Shown here piece after piece: positions 42,301-52,200 of a stretch of DNA of 64,000 nucleotides. A model generated the notes under the pieces. It did no database searches, was not told the DNA's origin, and was given only the letters and a program-made list of their open reading frames with translations. Source of the stretch: Yuukianura sp. NJ FZ-2021 (Eukaryota); the NCBI GenBank assembly GCA_046563655.1, contig JAJCTO010000011.1, forward strand, positions 1 to 64,000, read 5' to 3'. The position numbers were made by a program, and so were the translations under genes. The first letter of the stretch is position 1, and each line of letters begins with the position of its first letter.

Positions 42301-45300
42301 ACGCTCAACTTCGGATTTTATCTCGAGTTGGAATACGGCACCCAGGGCAATGTCGAGCACCATTTTGACACAAAACGACTTAAATTTGTGAGAGTGAACA
42401 TGCAAATGTGAGAATGAACAGAAAGTAAATTACATTTTTGAAATCCTCATAAAAAGTGCTACAGGAACCCGCTTTCACTTGCTGTGTCGTCCATCATCTT
42501 GTTACCTCTATTTATGAAAATTCATGTTTCAAAACAAAAAATTCAAAAGAAATGCATTCCGGAACGATGCTGGGTAAAAGTCAACTATACTTTTGAAATC
42601 CTCATAAAAAGTGCAACAGGAACCCACTTTCACTTGCTGTGTCGTCCATCATCTTGTTACCTCTATTTATGAAAATTCATGTTTCAAAACAAAAAATTCA
42701 AAAGAAATGCATTCCGGAACGATGCTGGGTAAAAGTCAACTATACTTTTGAAATCCTCATAAAAAGTGCTACAGGAACCCACTTTCACTTGCTGTGTCGT
42801 CCATCATCTTGTTACCTTTATTTATGAAAATTCATGTTTCAAAACAAAAAATTCAAAAGAAATGCATTCCGGAACGATGCTGGGTAAAAGTCAACTATAC
42901 TTTTGAAATCCTCATAAAAAGTGCAACAGGAACCCACTTTCACTTGCTGTGTCGTCCATCATCTTGTTACCTTTATTTATGAAAATTCATGTTTCAAAAC
43001 AAAAAATTCAAAAGAAATGCATTCCGGAACAATGCTGGGTAAAAGTCAACTATATTTTTGGAAATCCTCATAAAAAGTGCTACAGGAACCCACGTTCAGT
43101 TGCTGTGTCGTCCCTCATCTCGTGACCCTTTTTTTATGAAAATTTGTTTCAAAACAAATCAATCGAAAAACCTCCACGCGGAGCGATGCCGGGCGAAAAT
43201 GAGTTACTTTTCTGAAATCCTGCTGAAAAGTACTACAGGAACCAACGTTTAATTGGCGTGGATAGATTGCAATTAAATCTGGTTAGAGCGTACTTAAAAG
43301 TCTGAATGAAACGCTCAACTTCGGATTTTATCTCGAGTTGGAATACGGCACCCAGGGCAATGTCGAGCACCATTTTGACACAAAACGACTTAAATTTGTG
43401 AGAGTGAACATGCAAATGTGAGAATGAACAGAAAGTAAATTACATTTTTGAAATCCTCATAAAAAGTGCTACAGGAACCCGCTTTCACTTGCTGTGTCGT
43501 CCATCATCTTGTTACCTCTATTTATGAAAATTCATGTTTCAAAACAAAAAATTCAAAAGAAATGCATTCCGGAACGATGCTGGGTAAAAGTCAACTATAC
43601 TTTTGAAATCCTCATAAAAAGTGCTACAGGAACCCACGTTCAGTTGCTGTGTCGTCCCTCATCTCGTGACCCTTTTTTTTATGAAAATTTGTTTCAAAAC
43701 AAATCAATCGAAAAACCTCCACGCGGAGCGATGCCGGGCGAAAATGAGTTACTTTTCTGAAATCCTGCTGAAAAGTACTACAGGAACCAAAGTTTAATTG
43801 GCGTGGATAGATTGCAATTAAATCTGGTTAGAGCGTACTTAAAAGTCTGAATGAAACGCTCAACTTCGGATTTTATCTCGGGTTGGAATACGGCACCCAG
43901 GGCAATGTCGAGCACCATTTTGACGCAGAACGACTTAAATTTGTGAGAATGAATATGCAAATGTGAGAATGAACAGAAAGTAAATTACATTTTTGAAATC
44001 CTCATAAAAAGGGCTACTGGAACCCACTTTCACTTCCTGTGTCGTCCATCATCTTGTTACCTTTATTTATGAAAATTCATGTTTCAAAACAAAAAATTCA
44101 AAAGAAATGCATTCCGGAACGATGCTGGGTAAAAGTCAACTATACTTTTGAAATCCTCATAAAAAGTGCAACAGGAACCCACTTTCACTTGCTGTGTCGT
44201 CCATCATCTTGTTACCTTTATTTATGAAAATTCATGTTTCAAAACAAAAAATTCAAAAGAAATGCATTCCGGAACGATGCTGGGTAAAAGTCAACTATAC
44301 TTTTGAAATCCTCATAAAAAGTGCTACAGGAACCCACGTTCAGTTGCTGTGTCGTCCCTCATCTCGTGACCCTTTTTTTATGAAAATTTGTTTCAAAACA
44401 AATCAATCGAAAAACCTCCACGCGGAGCGATGCCGGGCGAAAATGAGTTACTTTTCTGAAATCCTGCTGAAAAGTACTACAGGAACCAACGTTTAATTGG
44501 CGTGGATAGATTGCAATTAAATCTGGTTAGAGCGTACTTAAAAGTCTGAATGAAACGCTCAACTTCGGATTTTATCTCGAGTTGGAATACGGCACCCAGG
44601 GCAATGTCGAGCACCATTTTGACACAAAACGACTTAAATTTGTGAGAGTGAACATGCAAATGTGAGAATGAACAGAAAGTAAATTACATTTTTGAAATCC
44701 TCATAAAAAGTGCTACAGGAACCCGCTTTCACTTGCTGTGTCGTCCATCATCTTGTTACCTCTATTTATGAAAATTCATGTTTCAAAACAAAAAATTCAA
44801 AAGAAATGCATTCCGGAACGATGCTGGGTAAAAGTCAACTATACTTTTGAAATCCTCATAAAAAGTGCAACAGGAACCCACTTTCACTTGCTGTGTCGTC
44901 CATCATCTTGTTACCTCTATTTATGAAAATTCATGTTTCAAAACAAAAAATTCAAAAGAAATGCATTCCGGAACGATGCTGGGTAAAAGTCAACTATACT
45001 TTTGAAATCCTCATAAAAAGTGCTACAGGAACCCACTTTCACTTGCTGTGTCGTCCATCATCTTGTTACCTTTATTTATGAAAATTCATGTTTCAAAACA
45101 AAAAATTCAAAAGAAATGCATTCCGGAACGATGCTGGGTAAAAGTCAACTATACTTTTGAAATCCTCATAAAAAGTGCAACAGGAACCCACTTTCACTTG
45201 CTGTGTCGTCCATCATCTTGTTACCTTTATTTATGAAAATTCATGTTTCAAAACAAAAAATTCAAAAGAAATGCATTCCGGAACAATGCTGGGTAAAAGT

Positions 45301-46490
45301 CAACTATATTTTTGGAATCCTCATAAAAAGTGCTACAGGAACCCACGTTCAGTTGCTGTGTCGTCCCTCATCTCGTGACCCTTTTTTTATGAAAATTTGT
45401 TTCAAAACAAATCAATCGAAAAACCTCCACGCGGAGCGATGCCGGGCGAAAATGAGTTACTTTTCTGAAATCCTGCTGAAAAGTACTACAGGAACCAACG
45501 TTTAATTGGCGTGGATAGATTGCAATTAAATCTGGTTAGAGCGTACTTAAAAGTCTGAATGAAACGCTCAACTTCGGATTTTATCTCGAGTTGGAATACG
45601 GCACCCAGGGCAATGTCGAGCACCATTTTGACACAAAACGACTTAAATTTGTGAGAGTGAACATGCAAATGTGAGAATGAACAGAAAGTAAATTACATTT
45701 TTGAAATCCTCATAAAAAGTGCTACAGGAACCCGCTTTCACTTGCTGTGTCGTCCATCATCTTGTTACCTCTATTTATGAAAATTCATGTTTCAAAACAA
45801 AAAATTCAAAAGAAATGCATTCCGGAACGATGCTGGGTAAAAGTCAACTATACTTTTGAAATCCTCATAAAAAGTGCAACAGGAACCCACTTTCACTTGC
45901 TGTGTCGTCCATCATCTTGTTACCTTTATTTATGAAAATTCATGTTTCAAAACAAAGAATTCAAAAGAAATGCATTCCGGAACGATGCTGGGTAAAAGTC
46001 AACTATATTATTGAAATCCTCATAAAAAGTGCTACAGGAACCCACTTTCACTTGCTGTGTCGTCCATCATCTTGTTACTTTATTTATAAAAATTTATGTT
46101 TCAAAACAAAGAATTCAAAAGAAATGCATTCCGGAACGATGCTGGGTAAAAGTCAACTATACTTTTGAAATCCTCATAAAAAGTGCAACAGGAACCCACT
46201 TTCACTTGCTGTGTCGTCCATCATCTTGTTACCTTTATTTATGAAAATCCATGTTTCAAAACAAAAAATTCAAAAGAAATGCATTCCGGAACGATGCTGG
46301 GTAAAAGTCAACTATACTTTTGAAATCCTCATAAAAAGTGCTACAGGAACCCACGTTCAGTTGCTGTGTCGTCCCTCATCTCGTGACCCTTTTTTTATGA
46401 AAATTTGTTTCAAAACAAATCAATCGAAAAACCTCCACGCGGAGCGATGCCGGGCGAAAATGAGTTACTTTTCTGAAATCCTGCTGAAAA

Positions 46491-46494
46491 GTAC
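46491..46494 (+). other. Left target-site duplication GTAC
   Basis: The empty site in other units is GAAAAGTACTACAGG; here it is GAAAAGTAC[element]GTACTACAGG. Confidence 0.95.
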
Positions 46495-46538
46495 TGTTAG
46501 GTATGTAGGACGGTTAAAGGCTAACGTCATGCCACGGC

Positions 46539-46546
46539 TGACGTCA
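46539..46546. promoter_or_regulatory. CRE/ATF consensus TGACGTCA in the LTR U3 (copy at 49111-49118)
   Basis: Perfect palindromic consensus about 33 bp upstream of the TATA box, with a near match TAACGTCA at 46522-46529. Function is not demonstrated. Confidence 0.6.
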
Positions 46547-46578
46547 CCCAACACCTCTGTAGAGTCTTCACTCACAGG

Positions 46579-46585
46579 TATAAAA
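46579..46585 (+). promoter_or_regulatory. LTR TATA box (copy at 49151-49157)
   Basis: TATAAAA at mid-LTR, in the expected orientation relative to the PBS. Confidence 0.75.
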
Positions 46586-46670
46586 GCACCTAACAATAAA
46601 GACATGGGATCACTCGATCCCAGCCCACTCAACTGAGCTCATCTCTCTTCTCCATTACCAACCGTAACAG

Positions 46671-46688
46671 TGGTAGCAGAGGCAGGTT
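46671..46688 (+). promoter_or_regulatory. Primer binding site complementary to the 3' end of initiator tRNA-Met
   Basis: TGGTAGCAGAGGCAGGTT. TGGTAGCAGAG is the reverse complement of CTCTGCTACCA, the 3' end of metazoan tRNAiMet; plant elements have TGGTATCAGAGC. Confidence 0.9.
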
Positions 46689-47320
46689 GATTCCCCACCT
46701 CTGTTCTCACTATGGAGGGAGCTTGAGCCCCCGCATACCCCATTGCACTGGTGTCCAAGACATTCGCTTCAAAGCGCAGACCCCCATGCACGGCGTTCCT
46801 TCGCATACCAGGGAGGCCCCCAATACCCTTCATCCCCCCCCCACTCCGCAAAGTGCAAGGCCTGTCGACAAGGGTACTGCTCCGTCCACGTAAACCCCTA
46901 GCACACGTATATTCTACAGAAGAATAAGCCCCTCTCCCTAATCGCGTCGTTATTTCACGGTTGACCAGCAAAAATACGCTACTGAAACGACATGTCCAGG
47001 TTTGCATTGATTTCCCTGCCCACAATTTTACAATTATTCCTAATATGAAACTTGTGAATATGCAAGGACCCCGGATTCGCCAACCCGTTAAATCCATAAT
47101 CACACTTTGATAAAGACTGTACTTTTAATTTGTATACAGCAAATATCGCCCACTGCCATCAACCCACTGCACCCCCCCCCCCTCACAGCTCACTCACTAC
47201 CCCACACGCCAATTATTTATATGGGGGATGATGTAAGCCCAACACTTACCCTTATAATGGTGGTTGACTGTAGGCCAAAACACAATTACACAATGGCGTG
47301 ATGTTAGAACAATACAACAA

Positions 47321-47890
47321 CTCATCATGACATCACCCACTGAAGCAAAAGGATATTTTTCATACGTCAGTCACTAGAAACGAACCTTATACTGCTGTCA
47401 CCTACTTAAGAAATTTGGAACGAATTGAAATGAGTTGAATAATATTATGCAGACGTCACAGAATATATTGTGAAGACGTCTTTTACCAAACCCATGAAAA
47501 CTCATCATGACGTCACCAGCTGAAGAAATTAAATATATCGAAGACGTCACTTTATTGAAAAGAAAATATTTTCAAGACATAATTTACTCAGACAGAATAT
47601 TTTGAAGACGTCAGCTCATTCAAGAAAATATATTGAGAAGACGTCTTTCACTAAACCACTGAAAACTCATCATGACGTCACCAGCTGAAGAAACTAAATA
47701 TATCAAAGATGTCACTTTATTGCAAAGAAAATATTGTCAAGACGTCATTCACTTAACACGTGAAAACTTATGGTTACGTCACCGAATGAATCAAACAAGT
47801 ATCTTGAAGACGTCATTTCATTGAAGATAAAAAAAAAATATTGTTACGCTGTCCTATGCGCAAACGGAATGCTTTGCAGCGTCATTTCAA
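47321..47890. repeat. Degenerate ~33-34 bp minisatellite centred on (G)ACGTCA within the retroelement
   Basis: ACGTC cores at 47364, 47453, 47476, 47510, 47544, 47608, 47641, 47675, 47742, 47776 and 47810, with decayed cores in phase at about 47577 and 47709. 47461-47578 is repeated at 47626-47743 (offset 165). Confidence 0.85.
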
Positions 47891-49066
47891 TGAAAACAAA
47901 TTTATAGTAGCCGGGCGCCCGAGTTAAACTTGTCAATATATTAATGTATGGTAGCGCTTCGTACCAAATGTTAATTCAGTTTACTAGACTTTGTATTCAG
48001 TCACGAATAGCCATGGTCAAATCTTATCGAAACTAGCGAGCTCGCAATGCACGTAGTCAGGTGACACAAAACTACAAATTCGAAAGGCGGCCGCCGGGTA
48101 CCCACCACCGAACGTGTTGTTAACTGATAACACACACATTGAACAGCCCACACTATTCAGAATCAATCACGTAGTCCATACCCTTCTGCCCCATGCTGAA
48201 CCATGCCCTAAACCAAACATACCACCACTAACTCCCTCATTCTTTCATTAATCGTTTCAAGAATCTACTTATTCCTGAACTTGATCAAGAATATACCGTT
48301 TTTTTTTCTTCGCGTACTGCCCTGGATATCCCTCTACATTTATTGAGGCACCCAAGCGCAAATGCAAGTTGGTGTCCAATACTGTCTCTTGAATTTACGC
48401 AACTCGTCAGTACACAAGTTAATACTACAAGTCACCAACGCATGCACTGAGTGAGTTTAATGCGTCCCAATACTTCGCTTTAGCTAAGGAGACCCACCCA
48501 AATCCACTTACAAACGCGTCACATGGAAGGCGCTCGTGTCTAATCCACCCAAGCTTCTCAGCACAAACAACGAACTATGCAGCACTCGAATAGGCTGTTC
48601 GGTTTCAAGTCAGTATGCCCCGGAAGATCAGTGGTAAAGGATACGTTTTCTGACAACATACGCGTCACAGTTCTCAATCACCATAATCATAAGTATTATG
48701 CACCTCAAGGACGTAGAACCCGGCCATACCCATTACCGAAAACAACTTTCACAAGATCTGTTACAAAGTCCCAATTTTCTAACTTACGTGTGACCATATA
48801 TTACCCTAATCCAAGCTTTCCAAAGGGAAACACCTAGTTATACGGTTTTGCCTAAATGTTTTGGAAAATTAGTACCCTTTACCGTTGGCTATACTTTCTG
48901 AGTTTACCGAGTATAACTGTTTTGTTATTCTATTACTTAATTGTTTTTCAATGCTTTATTTCAACTTACTTCATTATTCATGATTAGTATTTACTTTCCC
49001 ACTTATTTTGTATACTTTATGTTCCACTAACTACGATCGAGGACGATCTTTTCCATAGTGTAGATG

Positions 49067-49241
49067 TGTTAGGTATGTAGGACGGTTAAAGGCTAACGTC
49101 ATGCCACGGCTGACGTCACCCAACACCTCTGTAGAGTCTTCACTCACAGGTATAAAAGCACCTAACAATAAAGACATGGGATCACTCGATCCCAGCCCAC
49201 TCAACTGAGCTCATCTCTCTTCTCCATTACCAACCGTAACA
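49067..49241 (+). repeat. 3' LTR (175 bp)
   Basis: TGTTAGGTATG...CAACCGTAACA; identical by eye to 46495-46669. Confidence 0.97.
49167..49172 (+). terminator. Polyadenylation signal AATAAA in the 3' LTR (copy at 46595-46600)
   Basis: Canonical hexamer inside the LTR. Confidence 0.65.
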
Positions 49242-49245
49242 GTAC
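49242..49245 (+). other. Right target-site duplication GTAC
   Basis: Directly follows ...TAACA; matches 46491-46494. Confidence 0.95.
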
Positions 49246-52200
49246 TACAGGAACCAAAGTTTAATTGGCGTGGATAGATTGCAATTAAATCTGGTTAGAG
49301 CGTACTTAAAAGTCTGAATGAAACGCTCAACTTCGGATTTTATCTCGGGTTGGAATACGGCACCCAGGGCAATGTCGAGCACCATTTTGACACAAAACGA
49401 CTTAAATTTGTGGGAGTGAACATGCAAATGTGAGAATGAACAGAAAGTAAATTACATTTTTGAAATCCTCATAAAAAGTGCTACAGGAACCCGCTTTCAC
49501 TTGCTGTGTCGTCCATCATCTTGTTACCTCTATTTATGAAAATTCATGTTTCAAAACAAAAAATTCAAAAGAAATGCATTCCGGAACGATGCTGGGTAAA
49601 AGTCAACTATACTTTTGAAATCCTCATAAAAAGTGCTACAGGAACCCACGTTCAGTTGCTGTGTCGTCCCTCATCTCGTGACCCTTTTTTTTATGAAAAT
49701 TTGTTTCAAAACAAATCAATCGAAAAACCTCCACGCGGAGCGATGCCGGGCGAAAATGAGTTACTTTTCTGAAATCCTGCTGAAAAGTACTACAGGAACC
49801 AAAGTTTAATTGGCGTGGATAGATTGCAATTAAATCTGGTTAGAGCGTACTTAAAAGTCTGAATGAAACGCTCAACTTCGGATTTTATCTCGGGTTGGAA
49901 TACGGCACCCAGGGCAATGTCGAGCACCATTTTGACGCAGAACGACTTAAATTTGTGAGATTGAATATGCAAATGTGAGAATGAACAGAAAGTAAATTAC
50001 ATTTTTGAAATCCTCATAAAAAGGGCTACAGGAACCCACTTTCACTTGCTGTGTCGTCCATCATCTTGTTACCTTTATTTATGAAAATTCATGTTTCAAA
50101 ACAAAAAATTCAAAAGAAATGCATTCCGGAACGATGCTGGGTAAAAGTCAACTATACTTTTGAAATCCTCATAAAAAGTGCTACAGGAACCCACTTTCAC
50201 TTGCTGTGTCGTCCATCATCTTGTTACCTTTATTTATGAAAATTCATGTTTCAAAACAAAAAATTCAAAAGAAATGCATTCCGGAACGATGCTGGGTAAA
50301 AGTCAACTATACTTTTGAAATCCTCATAAAAAGTGCTACAGGAACCCACGTTCAGTTGCTGTGTCGTCCCTCATCTCGTGACCCTTTTTTTATGAAAATT
50401 TGTTTCAAAACAAATCAATCGAAAAACCTCCACGCGGAGCGATGCCGGGCGAAAATGAGTTACTTTTCTGAAATCCTGCTGAAAAGTACTACAGGAACCA
50501 ACGTTTAATTGGCGTGGATAGATTGCAATTAAATCTGGTTAGAGCGTACTTAAAAGTCTGAATGAAACGCTCAACTTCGGATTTTATCTCGAGTTGGAAT
50601 ACGGCACCCAGGGCAATGTCGAGCACCATTTTGACACAAAACGACTTAAATTTGTGAGAGTGAACATGCAAATGTGAGAATGAACAGAAAGTAAATTACA
50701 TTTTTGAAATCCTCATAAAAAGTGCTACAGGAACCCGCTTTCACTTGCTGTGTCGTCCATCATCTTGTTACCTCTATTTATGAAAATTCATGTTTCAAAA
50801 CAAAAAATTCAAAAGAAATGCATTCCGGAACGATGCTGGGTAAAAGTCAACTATACTTTTGAAATCCTCATAAAAAGTGCAACAGGAACCCACTTTCACT
50901 TGCTGTGTCGTCCATCATCTTGTTACCTTTATTTATGAAAATTCATGTTTCAAAACAAAAAATTCAAAAGAAATGCATTCCGGAACGATGCTGGGTAAAA
51001 GTCAACTATACTTTTGAAATCCTCATAAAAAGTGCTACAGGAACCCACTTTCACTTGCTGTGTCGTCCATCATCTTGTTACCTTTATTTATGAAAATTCA
51101 TGTTTCAAAACAAAAAATTCAAAAGAAATGCATTCCGGAACGATGCTGGGTAAAAGTCAACTATACTTTTGAAATCCTCATAAAAAGTGCAACAGGAACC
51201 CACTTTCACTTGCTGTGTCGTCCATCATCTTGTTACCTTTATTTATGAAAATTCATGTTTCAAAACAAAAAATTCAAAAGAAATGCATTCCGGAACGATG
51301 CTGGGTAAAAGTCAACTATACTTTTGAAATCCTCATAAAAAGTGCTACAGGAACCCACGTTCAGTTGCTGTGTCGTCCCTCATCTCGTGACCCTTTTTTT
51401 ATGAAAATTTGTTTCAAAACAAATCAATCGAAAAACCTCCACGCGGAGCGATGCCGGGCGAAAATGAGTTACTTTTCTGAAATCCTGCTGAAAAGTACTA
51501 CAGGAACCAACGTTTAATTGGCGTGGATAGATTGCAATTAAATCTGGTTAGAGCGTACTTAAAAGTCTGAATGAAACGCTCAACTTCGGATTTTATCTCG
51601 AGTTGGAATACGGCACCCAGGGCAATGTCGAGCACCATTTTGACACAAAACGACTTAAATTTGTGAGAGTGAACATGCAAATGTGAGAATGAACAGAAAG
51701 TAAATTACATTTTTGAAATCCTCATAAAAAGTGCTACAGGAACCCACTTTCACTTGCTGTGTCGTCCCTTATCTTGTTACCATTATTTATGAAAATTCAT
51801 GTTTCAAAACAAAAAATTCAAAAGAAATGCATTCCGGAACAATGCTGGGTAAAAGTCAACTATATTTTTGGAATCCTCATAAAAAGTGCTACAGGAACCC
51901 ACGTTCAGTTGCTGTGTCGTCCCTCATCTCGTGACCCTTTTTTTATGAAAATTTGTTTCAAAACAAATCAATCGAAAAACCTCCACGCGGAGCGATGCCG
52001 GGCGAAAATGAGTTACTTTTCTGAAATCCTGCTGAAAAGTACTACAGGAACCAACGTTTAATTGGCGTGGATAGATTGCAATTAAATCTGGTTAGAGCGT
52101 ACTTAAAAGTCTGAATGAAACGCTCAACTTCGGATTTTATCTCGAGTTGGAATACGGCACCCAGGGCAATGTCGAGCACCATTTTGACACAAAACGACTT

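Larger units (their letters stand above)
1..46494. repeat. Composite satellite array, left of the insertion: 153-155 bp monomers (A/B/C) plus a 236 bp monomer (D) in variable higher-order repeats
   Basis: The junction GAAATCCTC...CTACAGGAACC recurs at 31, 267, 422, 575, 729 and onward without a break to 46494. All copies are in the same orientation and the ORF track repeats with the same periods. Confidence 0.98.
46495..46669 (+). repeat. 5' LTR (175 bp)
   Basis: TGTTAGGTATG...CAACCGTAACA; identical by eye to 49067-49241. Confidence 0.97.
46495..49241 (+). mobile_element. Non-autonomous LTR retrotransposon (TRIM/LARD-like, 2747 bp), probably Ty3/Gypsy-related
   Basis: Two identical 175 bp direct repeats with TGTTA...TAACA termini, GTAC duplicated on both flanks, a tRNA-Met PBS 1 nt after the 5' LTR, and TATA/AATAAA in the LTR fixing + orientation. 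No internal ORF over 154 aa and no RT/IN/PR/Gag motifs recognised. The superfamily assignment is inference. Confidence 0.95.

Noticed and set aside
46834..47182. Poly-C tracts (9 C at 46834-46842, 11 C at 47172-47182) as G-quadruplex or PPT of a minus-strand element
   Set aside because: They are isolated runs far from an LTR edge; PBS, TATA and AATAAA all orient the element on the plus strand.
47453..47830. CRISPR-like reading of the 34 bp ACGTCA array
   Set aside because: The conserved core is only 5-8 nt and the intervening sequences are homologous to each other, so it is a minisatellite.
48062..48080. TGACACAAAAC in the element matches the D monomer
   Set aside because: Only 11 nt of exact, A-rich identity; compatible with chance and insufficient to claim capture or targeting homology.
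46639..48837. ORFs inside the retroelement (154 aa on minus; 68, 64 and 86 aa on plus) and an ATG-less open stretch at about 48232-48450
   Set aside because: Short, with no CCHC, protease, YxDD, RNase H or integrase motifs recognised. BLASTX/HMM is still needed to exclude a decayed gag.
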